A DNA stretch of 33,230 bases from a virus (taxonomy: Duplodnaviria > Caudoviricetes). This document shows, piece by piece, positions 17,636 to 26,514 of this stretch (its first letter is position 1; every line of letters starts with the position of its first letter). A model generated the notes under the pieces. That model did no database searches, was not told the DNA's origin, and was given only the letters and a program-made list of their open reading frames with translations. The translations under genes and the position numbers were made by a program. The DNA is taken from positions 1-33,230 of the IMG/VR virus record IMGVR_UViG_3300021968_000003; one strand, given 5' to 3'.

Positions 17636-18454
17636 TTAAGCCTGGGCCAGCTTCAGGAAATGATTGAATACGCGGGTAAATATCCAGCGTATTGAGCGGT
17701 GTTTCCGTACCATCGCGGCCGCGCGCTCACCAAAGCGGATATAGAGATTCAATAACCAGTGTCCCGTAAAGTTGTTCTGTAGCCATTTGCGAATGGTTAC
17801 GGTGCGCGGGTCATACCATCCGCCATATATCTCTGCGGCTATCCAGCACATCGGAATCTTGGTAGCGGCTCCCGCTCCAATGGCTCCCAGAGCTCCGAAA
17901 GCTGCTCCCCAGGGTGCAAACGCGGCATCGGACGCGGCTTTGGCGGTGGCTCCTGCGTTGGCTCCTGAAGTATTGGCTACTCCTGCGTAGCCTGTGGGGT
18001 TTAGGAGGCCGGCTGTGGATCCCAGAACATTCGCGGCGGCGTTCCAGTTCTGGTATCCCTGCGCGTAATTCTGCATGGTGATCGAGTTGTCTCCCGCTGC
18101 TCTGGTGGCGGCGGCGGCGTTAGCGTTCTGGGCTATAAGGTTGGCGTCCACGCTCGACGGTAGGAGAGTATTGCCGCCTCCTCTTGCCGCGAGGATCTGG
18201 GCTGTCGCCTTCTGCGCCTGGGCGTAATCCGTGGCCACTCCCTCTACATTCTGAGTACGCATGGCGTTTTCTTGTCCCTGGCTGAATCCGGTCTGGGACG
18301 GGCCGGCCGCTAGGATCGGCTGAAAGATGCTCGTTAGCGCGCCGGTAATGGCTTGGTTTTGCCCAAAAACCTGGGTGTACTGGGTGGAAAGCTGCTTGTA
18401 AAACTCGTTTTGCTCGTCGCTTATGTTTTTGAGGTCGGTATTATCTCCGCACAT
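17636..18454 (-). CDS. Probable small ejection (pilot) protein with C-terminal CFI-box-CTERM-like domain
   Basis: MC start, Ala/Gln/Asn-rich body, WGAAFGALGAIGAG hydrophobic segment, then CWIAAEIYG...IRKWL...LYIRFGERAA. Confidence 0.6.
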   Translation of the reverse strand: MCGDNTDLKNISDEQNEFYKQLSTQYTQVFGQNQAITGALTSIFQPILAAGPSQTGFSQGQENAMRTQNVEGVATDYAQAQKATAQILAARGGGNTLLPSSVDANLIAQNANAAAATRAAGDNSITMQNYAQGYQNWNAAANVLGSTAGLLNPTGYAGVANTSGANAGATAKAASDAAFAPWGAAFGALGAIGAGAATKIPMCWIAAEIYGGWYDPRTVTIRKWLQNNFTGHWLLNLYIRFGERAAAMVRKHRSIRWIFTRVFNHFLKLAQA

Positions 18455-18977
18455 TGGGGGGTACCTCGCTACTTTCTAATGCTTGTGGGAACGCTTCCCA
18501 AGCCTCTGTGTCGCCTTTTTGGGGGTTATCTGGTGTCACCGGCCATATCGAGCGGATGAGAAGTCCTGGCGACTCCCGGAATCCGAGACGCTTTTTTGCA
18601 AAATTTGCCAGTTCCACGCCTTCGGTATCGAAGATGACTTCCCGGAAGCGGTTGTTGCGGAAGATATCGCCTATCCAAGCGAAGCCTTTGAGGAGTGCGG
18701 AGCGGTTGCGCGCCTTGTCTTCGGCTCCCTCTATAGCCGGGAACTGGATCGAGATACGGACGGCGGTGGCGGTCTTGAAGTAGAAAACAACTATTCCCTG
18801 CTCGTCCTCCAGTGCCCACGCATCCTCTCCGGGGTTCAATTTGAGGAAGTAATCCGCGTCCATCCTGCCCTGGTGGTACTGGTCGGCTCTGATCTGAACA
18901 TCCAGATATGGCCTGTCCTTCTCACTCAAGGGGCGAACGGTATAGCCGGCGAAGGTGAACGCTTGCGGTGGTCTCAT
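18441..18977 (-). CDS. GNAT-fold protein (virion-associated acetyltransferase-like)
   Basis: YTVRPLSEKD N-terminus and FAKKRLGF motif; position between tail tube and ejection genes. Confidence 0.55.
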   Translation of the reverse strand: MRPPQAFTFAGYTVRPLSEKDRPYLDVQIRADQYHQGRMDADYFLKLNPGEDAWALEDEQGIVVFYFKTATAVRISIQFPAIEGAEDKARNRSALLKGFAWIGDIFRNNRFREVIFDTEGVELANFAKKRLGFRESPGLLIRSIWPVTPDNPQKGDTEAWEAFPQALESSEVPPNVRR

Positions 18978-19609
18978 GCTCCCGCCTCCAATCCCAGAGA
19001 TTGCTGGCTTCCCAGATTGGTCACGGCATAGCCGAAAGTTCTCATCCTGTCATTGGTCCAGAGCGGGAAACTGGTATCGCAGGAGTCGGACTTTACGCGA
19101 TAGGCATGACCCAGCTTTGCCGGCGTTGAAGCGCGGCCATAGTGAAATTTCTTGCAGTGTTTATGCGCGAGTTGTGCCCAGCGGTAGGCCGTCGCTTTGA
19201 ATCTGTCACTGCCGCCTAAGAAGATTCCAGAGAAGAGATGCAGGGAGTTTTCGACTTCCGCCAACTCCATCCCGTCCTGAACGGCCAGATACCACGGCCA
19301 TCCGTTCGGCAATTTCATTCTCCATTCCAGCGAAAACTCTAGGGATTCACAGCCGTTTGCAACTATGTCCGGGGTTACGGCCATGTAGGGATCTGACGCC
19401 ACGGCAAAAGCCTGATCCAGCCGCTTTTCAAAGGTCTCGGTGGGGAATCCCTCGCCATGTAGATATGACCCAAACGCTCCGTTATCAAAACCCCAGGGCT
19501 CGTATGCGAATGGGGTGGGTTTCCGGGCTACAAACATCCTTCCCCAACCCCTTTCTTGAAGGGTTTGCAGGTTGCGGGATGAGCGGGTTTCTCCTAGTAA
19601 AATCTTCAT
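18974..19609 (-). CDS. TGT/DpdA-like TIM-barrel protein (candidate base-exchange enzyme)
   Basis: FDNGAF, PDIVANG, AVQDG, FLGGS, HYGR, DSCD motifs parallel the DSG/QG/GG/H..G/D..D motifs of tRNA-guanine transglycosylase folds. Confidence 0.65.
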   Translation of the reverse strand: MKILLGETRSSRNLQTLQERGWGRMFVARKPTPFAYEPWGFDNGAFGSYLHGEGFPTETFEKRLDQAFAVASDPYMAVTPDIVANGCESLEFSLEWRMKLPNGWPWYLAVQDGMELAEVENSLHLFSGIFLGGSDRFKATAYRWAQLAHKHCKKFHYGRASTPAKLGHAYRVKSDSCDTSFPLWTNDRMRTFGYAVTNLGSQQSLGLEAGA

Positions 19610-19878
19610 GCTCCCGCTCCTCTCTTGGCTGGAAGAATCCTTTGCGATGGAGTGTTCCCCTGGCCGTAAAACTGACGCGCGAAAGCGTCTCCCGTGGACG
19701 CCATAAGCGGCATCGAAGAGAGCATGAAAGGACTGCGCGCGGTGGGGTCTGTAGGGGTGGGGGCGGAGGGCGAATTATTGCCCTGCTGCGGGGGTGCTGA
19801 AGCTGGCTCCCATCCCTTCAAATCGACCTTCGCGGATGCCTTGATTGAGGGCATTATTGGCTCCTCATTTCCTGCCAC
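19606..19878 (-). CDS. Small Pro/Ser-rich hypothetical protein
   Basis: Fills the gap between two genes; ATGA overlap at 19606-19609. Confidence 0.6.
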   Translation of the reverse strand: MAGNEEPIMPSIKASAKVDLKGWEPASAPPQQGNNSPSAPTPTDPTARSPFMLSSMPLMASTGDAFARQFYGQGNTPSQRILPAKRGAGA

Positions 19879-22466
19879 GTTTGGCCAAAAATAGTGAAGG
19901 TTAAGAGCTCGTTTGCGGCGTCTTCAGCCGGCCACGAAATCTCCATCTGAAAGTGTCTGCACCATGCCGCACTTTGGCTCTGCGCGAAGTGGTATCTATC
20001 GCTGTAAAGTGTCTTGCTCGGAGGGAGATTAGTAGGGTCTTGGCGGGTACGATCCAGAGGCTCAAAAGACTCTGGAACTACCCCCGCAAACTCCCCGCTA
20101 ATCTCCCCCAAAAGCAGCGCGAGGCTGGCGCGAGTTCCGACGCGAACAGCCTCTAGGGTGATAAATGAAAGTGCTGCTAATTGCCCCGGCTGGGCCAGTA
20201 CAATACTCCCGAAACGGGACGAAACGGGGTACGGCGTACCATTGTCCAGCCGGCTCGTTATATCCCGCTTCATAATCGGGCCGTCTGCGGTTCCTGCCCA
20301 CAAAAGCAGAAACTTTCCGGGTAGGACTTCGACACTCTGAACACATCCCATGCCGGCGATATTGGCGCGAGGGCTCCACGCGCTCCCCTGTTCGGGTGCA
20401 TTGTTCGAGTTCATCCTGTACCAGTAGCCATTTCCATTGGCTACATAGAGGGCGGTTTCTCTGCTGGATTGGGTGTGGAAGGTAACAAAAGCCAGGGCGG
20501 GGTCAAATTCTTCTTCAAATCTGTCTGCAATTGGAAAGCCAACTTCGATGATTCCCGCCGAGGGATCAAGGGCGATAACCATGTTGTTGCCCTGCATAAG
20601 CAGGGGTGTGGTCTTGTTGATCGTGAAAGCGTCATAGTGGAGCAACGGCAATTGCTCCACGAAAACAACCATGTAAAGGGGATCGCTGGAGGTCGCGGAA
20701 CCAAGGATGATGTACGCATCTCTTACCGTGAAAACCACGAGGCCGAGGGTGCAAACCCAGAAGCGCGTTATCTTCGATTGCGCGGTAAACGTGGTGTTGA
20801 ATCCTGAGTTTCCGCTTGATCCGCTAACAATGGCATCCGGGCCGCTGGAGACATAAACGACATTGCCGACGGCGGCAAAGATCCTGCCAAGGTGATACCC
20901 CAGGCATGTGGCTCCCGCTGGGAGTGGCGTACCTTCGCCGGCGCGCTGCGCCTGTATTGCGGGATTCAATCCAGAGTCCGGGGTGTGATCGAGATAGGAC
21001 CATTTCACTCCGGGGGCGGGGTTCGGAATGGTATCGAGATAGAGAAAAGTTGATCCGCCTTGCGGGGTGCGGTAGATGACAACCTGGGTCACTCCCGGCT
21101 GTGTCGATCCGTCACCCTGTACCAGTACCTCGTTGCCCTGAATGACGGTAATGGGAATGGACGCGGGACTCATGTTGCTTATGTCGCCGGTGGTCGGGTT
21201 CTTAAAGGCGTATCCATAGCTAACGGGCGCGGTGGATGGTACGGAATACGGGCCTTTGTTCTGCCAGATAACCAGCGCGTCTCCGGTCAGCGCGCCTATT
21301 TGGTTCTCGAATACCGAGGGCGCGCTTGCGTTCGTTGTACCCATTTGGTAAACGGTCTGCAGGTAGCCGTTAGGGTCAAGAATCGTCGGGGCGGTGGTAA
21401 TGTTGTTCGAAACTCCGCTGGGATTGCCGGCGAGTGTAGCTATGTCGGTCCAGCTCAGGACGCGGCCAACATTCTGCCAGATGAGGCCGTTGGTGCCGTC
21501 GCTGATTTGCATGTTGACCTTGCTGGCTGCTCCCCAGTTCGGTGAGGTTCCGCTGCCGTTAGCGGTGCCTCCGTGGATCGCTACAAAGAGTTGATCCGGT
21601 GTCCCTGGCGGGTTTGTGATGTGGCCTATTACAAGGTCTCCCAGACCATAGCCAAAGCCAGAAACCCATGCCCCTGCGCCTCTGTTAGTCCATGAAATCG
21701 TCCCGTCAAGGGATGAGACCGGCCAGTTTGGTTCTCCCGATCCAAGATGGCCGGTCATTGCAGGATCGCCGGCAAGAGCGAAGTGACCCCAGCTATGTAA
21801 GTTACTATCGCTCCCGCGAATCACTACGTAGTTCCAGAACACTGTGGGAACATCGGGGCGGGGAACCCATGCCGCCTGGATCGTACTTGCTGCCCAGGAG
21901 GGATAGGGATTGGGGCGCGGCTGCTGGACGGCGGTTGGCGCGGTGGTCGGCGCGGTGATTCCCCAGGTCCACACGTTTCCGGTGTCATAGTGCCACAGCA
22001 TGTTATCGACGCCATTCGTGAAATAGAGGGTATTTCCGACGCCTAGAAAGTAGGTGGATCCCGCTCCCGCGCTCTTGGTAAAAAGCACGTTTTTTGTGTT
22101 GGGGCCGGTGGCGTCAAAGACCTGTCCTCCACCCATGCCGGTATCCGCTAAAACCTTGATGAACTCGGTTGTGAGGGTGAAGGTGTTGAAGCTGTAAAAG
22201 CGATTGACCGGGGGGAAAGACTGGTTGTTGTAAATGGTGTTTCCGCATCGGCGGCGGAGAGTGAGACGCGGGGTTATCTCTGCGTTCTGGCCGGCCAGAA
22301 TCGAGTCCTGGCGGCTCATCCCGTACTTCTCCTGATACTCACTGGTTGCGGCGTCGCGCAATTGGCTGCGGTTCGTCCAGAGGCCAGTGAAGATCCGGTT
22401 AGTATGCAGGGGCGCGAAGCTGGTAGGTTCGCCGGCCGCTCCTGCTTGCTGGAGAAGATTGGCCAT
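19854..22466 (-). CDS. Tail tubular protein B / nozzle (P22 gp10 or T7 gp12 analog) with inserted repeat modules
   Basis: 870 aa beta-rich protein; LGYHLGRIFAAVGNVVYVS propeller-blade motif; follows the adaptor genes. Confidence 0.7.
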   Translation of the reverse strand: MANLLQQAGAAGEPTSFAPLHTNRIFTGLWTNRSQLRDAATSEYQEKYGMSRQDSILAGQNAEITPRLTLRRRCGNTIYNNQSFPPVNRFYSFNTFTLTTEFIKVLADTGMGGGQVFDATGPNTKNVLFTKSAGAGSTYFLGVGNTLYFTNGVDNMLWHYDTGNVWTWGITAPTTAPTAVQQPRPNPYPSWAASTIQAAWVPRPDVPTVFWNYVVIRGSDSNLHSWGHFALAGDPAMTGHLGSGEPNWPVSSLDGTISWTNRGAGAWVSGFGYGLGDLVIGHITNPPGTPDQLFVAIHGGTANGSGTSPNWGAASKVNMQISDGTNGLIWQNVGRVLSWTDIATLAGNPSGVSNNITTAPTILDPNGYLQTVYQMGTTNASAPSVFENQIGALTGDALVIWQNKGPYSVPSTAPVSYGYAFKNPTTGDISNMSPASIPITVIQGNEVLVQGDGSTQPGVTQVVIYRTPQGGSTFLYLDTIPNPAPGVKWSYLDHTPDSGLNPAIQAQRAGEGTPLPAGATCLGYHLGRIFAAVGNVVYVSSGPDAIVSGSSGNSGFNTTFTAQSKITRFWVCTLGLVVFTVRDAYIILGSATSSDPLYMVVFVEQLPLLHYDAFTINKTTPLLMQGNNMVIALDPSAGIIEVGFPIADRFEEEFDPALAFVTFHTQSSRETALYVANGNGYWYRMNSNNAPEQGSAWSPRANIAGMGCVQSVEVLPGKFLLLWAGTADGPIMKRDITSRLDNGTPYPVSSRFGSIVLAQPGQLAALSFITLEAVRVGTRASLALLLGEISGEFAGVVPESFEPLDRTRQDPTNLPPSKTLYSDRYHFAQSQSAAWCRHFQMEISWPAEDAANELLTFTIFGQTWQEMRSQ

Positions 22467-23188
22467 TAGGCGTTACCCCTCGCCTGTGCGCCTTGCTGCG
22501 CGGCCATCGTCTCGCGTCCCTGCTGGGTGATGAGGTCAAGCCAGTTGCCGAGGAAGATATTTCTCTGCAGGGCGGTTAATCCGTCCTGTTCGCCTAACAG
22601 GTGGCTGGTGAACTTCGAAAGGAAGATGGGCGCGCGCGCGTCTTTGGTGAGAAGGGAGACAATCCCCAGGAATCCCCAATCGTAGATGTAGCTTTTGTGG
22701 TCGGGAATCGGCTTCCAAGTGCTTGCCAGCGAAGTCATCGGTACGGCTGCGCGCTGGTAGAAGGCGTCAATGATGTACGGTGCATCGGGAATCGAGTTGA
22801 GGCGGATAACAATGCCGTCCTCGTCGTCGTTCTGGACGGCGGCTGATCCGGGCCGCTTCACTGTTGCATCTTCCGCGAGTGCCTTACGGACTTCGATTTC
22901 TTTCTTGTCGCCGGTCTTTGGGTCGGTAAGCCATACCTGCTCCAGAAAACCGAAGTCTGTAACCGTGTCGATTAGATAGTCCTGCCCCCAGTCGTCAACG
23001 GCCGGGTCCAGCTCCAGGTGAATCTGGCCACGATTGAAGGACCATTTGAACGGTGGGCCAAGGATGGTTTGCTTGACGATGTTGGCCGCGCTCAATGCCG
23101 GCTCCGCGTTCGATATGTCCACGGGCTGATAGCCAAGGAAAGGCATCGACCAAAGCGCACTCGACATGATGTTGCGGGTTACGCTCAT
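22466..23188 (-). CDS. Head-tail adaptor / tail tubular protein A-like
   Basis: AEPALSAANIV...PFKWSFNR...QDY...PIPD adaptor pattern; synteny. Confidence 0.65.
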   Translation of the reverse strand: MSVTRNIMSSALWSMPFLGYQPVDISNAEPALSAANIVKQTILGPPFKWSFNRGQIHLELDPAVDDWGQDYLIDTVTDFGFLEQVWLTDPKTGDKKEIEVRKALAEDATVKRPGSAAVQNDDEDGIVIRLNSIPDAPYIIDAFYQRAAVPMTSLASTWKPIPDHKSYIYDWGFLGIVSLLTKDARAPIFLSKFTSHLLGEQDGLTALQRNIFLGNWLDLITQQGRETMAAQQGAQARGNA

Positions 23189-23191
23189 CGG

Positions 23192-24199
23192 CTATCTCCA
23201 TCCGTAGCGATACGGCCAGGGACCGGGATCGCTGGTGTAGCTGGGTGCCATTACGCTCTTGTCGGGGAAGAATCCTTTGGCCTCATCTTCGCGGTCATTC
23301 TGGCGCGCCTGGGCATCGAGCGCGGCCAGCCATTCGCCTTTCATCTGCGGATAACGGGCCTTCACTGCGGGATTGGTGGAGTAGCGGTGGGCATAGGCCA
23401 CGCATCCATCCCTGAACCACTTGGCCTGATCGTCTGGAACGGGATCAATCTTTTGCTTCATGTTCAAAAACGGAATGGCCTTTTTCTGCCCCCATAGCCT
23501 GATAAGCCACACGTTTCCACATTCGGGCGGAATCGGGTTGAAGCGGAATCCCTGTGCGTGTGGATCCACAACCAGCCAAACGCATGTCCCGTCTGTGATC
23601 GTCTGGCCGGCTGGCCAGTTGTCGGGCTGGGTGGCTGGGTCTGGCCACAGCGGAGCGGCGGGGGGAATCAGTCCCGTGGTTCCGTACTGCACAAGGATGA
23701 GGATGTTTCCATAAATGTCGGTTATGTTGGTCGGCGGGTTCGACGGCGCGGAGGCTGCGCCTATCGGCTGCGTGTAGACTTCCTGCGGTCCTGGCCACGC
23801 GCCTTGTTCAAGGTCACTGTTGTAGAACCATGCCGCCTGATAGGGAAAACCCGATTGCACGTTCGCCATAGGAAGATCCCTGACAACGTAGATCGGCCAT
23901 GTCGGGGGTGGGTACGTTGAATTGTTCACGTCAATCCGCAAACCATTCTCTAGCCATCCAAGCTCGTTGATCGGTGTTGCATAGTCCTGTTGGTAGCTCG
24001 TGAGAGGGAAGGGTGGAATTTTGAGGCGGTTCCACTTCCACGGGAAACGTACACTCAGCAACTCGCTCATCACATCGTTAGCGATAGTCAAAGCGGGTTC
24101 GGCGGCAAAACCTCCTGTGTTGTTAAACAGGGGGTTGAGGTCTCCAATAGCGGAGACCCCATCCATGATTTGCTGCAGCCTTATCGTGCTGTTTCCCAC
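23192..24199 (-). CDS. Head-tail adaptor-like protein, paralog with insertion
   Basis: AEPALTIANDV...FPWKWNR...QDY...PVPD; GGGAG SD, GTG start. Confidence 0.65.
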   Translation of the reverse strand: MGNSTIRLQQIMDGVSAIGDLNPLFNNTGGFAAEPALTIANDVMSELLSVRFPWKWNRLKIPPFPLTSYQQDYATPINELGWLENGLRIDVNNSTYPPPTWPIYVVRDLPMANVQSGFPYQAAWFYNSDLEQGAWPGPQEVYTQPIGAASAPSNPPTNITDIYGNILILVQYGTTGLIPPAAPLWPDPATQPDNWPAGQTITDGTCVWLVVDPHAQGFRFNPIPPECGNVWLIRLWGQKKAIPFLNMKQKIDPVPDDQAKWFRDGCVAYAHRYSTNPAVKARYPQMKGEWLAALDAQARQNDREDEAKGFFPDKSVMAPSYTSDPGPWPYRYGWR

Positions 24200-24218
24200 G
24201 GCTCCCCCTTATTTGCCC

Positions 24219-24707
24219 TTAGCCGGCTGCTTGTCCCTGTTTGAAATCCGCTGATGTGGGACTGGCTTTGGTGCTGGCTTCCTTGGTGGACTTGTCTGCC
24301 TTCTCGCGCGCCTTCTGTTGGTCGTCAAATTCCTTTCGGCGCACGTCTGGGTCTTCGCGGGTGAGGGCATTGATCGCCGTCTCCATCGACTCCTCGCGCA
24401 TCACATCCGGGTCTTGAAGGGTGTTTTGTGCGAGTTGGACCTTTTTGTTTTGCTCGGTCTGGATGGCGTTGAGCTCATCATTGGCGGCTTCGTTCTTCTC
24501 CGCTTGGTCGATGAGGTAAGCGCGGCGGTCACGAGCGGCCTTTATCTCGGAGACCTGCCCCAGCGTTTTTTCTTCAGGGTCGATCCTGCCTTTGTCGATA
24601 TCGCCTTTTTCGTATTCCGCTGGTGTCTGGTTGGATTTGCGGCCGCGAGTGGCGTTGGCGTGTTCGCCGCTGCCGGCTCCGCGAGGTTCGGCGGTTTGCG
24701 TGGTCAT
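24219..24707 (-). CDS. Charged, low-complexity hypothetical protein (MTTQTAEPRG...)
   Basis: ATG 24707 avoids overlap with the upstream gene; coiled-coil-like centre. Confidence 0.7.
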   Translation of the reverse strand: MTTQTAEPRGAGSGEHANATRGRKSNQTPAEYEKGDIDKGRIDPEEKTLGQVSEIKAARDRRAYLIDQAEKNEAANDELNAIQTEQNKKVQLAQNTLQDPDVMREESMETAINALTREDPDVRRKEFDDQQKAREKADKSTKEASTKASPTSADFKQGQAAG

Positions 24708-24772
24708 GTCTGGCTTCACTTTCTGCGGAGGTTTCCGCTTTGGGGTTTGTGGTTCTCTCGTGCGTGGTCGTA

Positions 24773-25243
24773 TTAAGCGGCGGGTTCGGCCTTGGTGATG
24801 ACGAACAATTGCGTTCCGCTTGGCTCGTTGTCGGTTGGGAGGTTTACTGCCCACTGGTATTCCTCATAAAGTTTTCGATAGAGGGCTTTGTCTTCGACGG
24901 ATGCCTTGCGCGCGTTCAATGCGGTATCCGGTGGCTCCCAGACCTTCGAGCATCGTTGGCAAAGGACGATCATGGGACCGTGGCTAAGCGTGTGCTTGAT
25001 GACGGCATAGTTGTGGTCGTTGCCGTGAGCAAGCTGCTGCACACCCTTGCCGCCTTTCTTGTGCCAGCAATTCGCCTGGATTGCCTCCTGACGCGCGCGC
25101 GCATCAAGCAGGTCAACATTGCGGCGTTCCGCGCGGAGATGCCTTGCGGCTCGGTTGTTCCGCATTTCCTCCACGCGCTCCCGCGTCTCTTCAAGCTGGA
25201 GGGCTTCCAACTCATCCGTGATTGACTTCTTATCAAGTGCCAT
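24773..25243 (-). CDS. Hypothetical protein with coiled coil and Zn-binding-like motif
   Basis: GGAG SD before ATG 25243; CWH...H...CQRC. Confidence 0.75.
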   Translation of the reverse strand: MALDKKSITDELEALQLEETRERVEEMRNNRAARHLRAERRNVDLLDARARQEAIQANCWHKKGGKGVQQLAHGNDHNYAVIKHTLSHGPMIVLCQRCSKVWEPPDTALNARKASVEDKALYRKLYEEYQWAVNLPTDNEPSGTQLFVITKAEPAA

Positions 25244-25269
25244 GACGTTTCTCCGTGGCTTCAAATTTC

Positions 25270-25331
25270 GGAACTGGGGGAGTGCTGGTGGGACACTCCC
25301 CCGTTCCGCGTCTCAGTGGGGTGAGGCGCGG
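25270..25331 (-). other. Tandem RNA hairpins downstream of the capsid stop
   Basis: CCGCG-c-CTCA...TGAG-a-CGCGG and GGAAC-GGGGGAGTG...CACTCCCCC-a-GTTCC; no U-tract. Confidence 0.6.
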
Positions 25332-25343
25332 CGTTCCGTCTCT

Positions 25344-26489
25344 TTAGGTCAGTGCGGTTGCGGCATCGAAGTAGCGGATGCGCTGGACAGGATCCGGTGG
25401 AAGGGTCGCCGTATACATGGTGTTATAGCTGGCGAAACCTCCAATCATTTTCGACGGATCATAGCCTGAAGGCTCGGTAATCCTTCGGACCCAGACCTGG
25501 ATGTTGCGCCAGTCGCCGTCTCCGATGGCGGTGTTTTCTTTCGCGCCAAACGAGATACCGATTACGCCATCCTTTGCGATCACATACGTCCGTAGCTTCA
25601 CGGGCGCGGTGCCGGTCTGCTTAACCAGGGTTGACTGGTGGAAGCTGACGCCACCCCAATCAATGACCGTAAGCGAGTCACCATCCGGGCTTGGGAGCTC
25701 GCGCAGCTTCTCCTGGCCTTCGGCTGTTCTCTTCAGAACATCCGTGATGCCGTTCGGCTGGGTTGACATAAGAATGTCACCCACGATCAGCGGATGGATT
25801 ACACCCGTGTAGCGGCCATTATCAAAGGGCAGGGCATTGACGGCCGCAAGCGATTGCGCTGCTGCTGTAATGTCCTGTGCTGTGACGTTGGCTCCAAGCG
25901 GAACCATTGCAACCTTGGGATCCACGGCCGCAGCCCCATCCGCCGTGTTCTGGATGATAAGGTTGATTACCTGCGCCAAACGGTACGCCATCTGGACGCC
26001 AAGAGCCTCCAAAGCGGGGTCAATGGCGGTCTGAAGGGCATACGTGGAAATGTTCGCGTAGTCTGCGTAATTTCCAATCGTGCTGGTGTTCTGCACAACC
26101 GTTACAGTCAACCCAGTTTGGATGGTTCCTTCAGGAGCCTGGGTGAGCGGTGGGGCCGGCAAATTTTGATACATGAACAAAGCAAGTTTGTTGCCGCTTG
26201 CCTCATCCAATTGCCGGCGAGACGTGCATCTTACCCAGGGCGTCTCTGCCTTAAGGTTTGCGATAAAAACTTTGTCCCACTGGGTAACAACAGACTGGGG
26301 CAAATTAGTTGTAAGGTTCGACGCTGGGGAGACTCCAACTCCCAGCACAAGGGCAGAATGAACCTTGCCCACTTGACCCGTGAACGAGATAAATGAGCCG
26401 CCTACGGCACAAATAAACTCGATCACGGGAATGAGAAACTTCTTGAAAAACACCTTGCCGCGCTCTGCGGCTGACGATGTGTAGCGCAT
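25344..26489 (-). CDS. Major capsid protein (HK97 fold, N4-gp56/P22-coat-like)
   Basis: PLTQAPEGT, IGNYADYANIS, YTGVIHP.IVGDI, WGGVSF, DPSKMIG motifs; follows scaffold; strong AGGGGG SD. Confidence 0.88.
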   Translation of the reverse strand: MRYTSSAAERGKVFFKKFLIPVIEFICAVGGSFISFTGQVGKVHSALVLGVGVSPASNLTTNLPQSVVTQWDKVFIANLKAETPWVRCTSRRQLDEASGNKLALFMYQNLPAPPLTQAPEGTIQTGLTVTVVQNTSTIGNYADYANISTYALQTAIDPALEALGVQMAYRLAQVINLIIQNTADGAAAVDPKVAMVPLGANVTAQDITAAAQSLAAVNALPFDNGRYTGVIHPLIVGDILMSTQPNGITDVLKRTAEGQEKLRELPSPDGDSLTVIDWGGVSFHQSTLVKQTGTAPVKLRTYVIAKDGVIGISFGAKENTAIGDGDWRNIQVWVRRITEPSGYDPSKMIGGFASYNTMYTATLPPDPVQRIRYFDAATALT

Positions 26490-26514
26490 GTGACTATCCC
26501 CCTAACGGGTGAGG

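Noticed and set aside
24708-24854. Arg-rich N-terminal extension of ORF 24219..24854
   Set aside because: Overlaps the upstream gene in another frame; ATG 24707 fits the gene packing better
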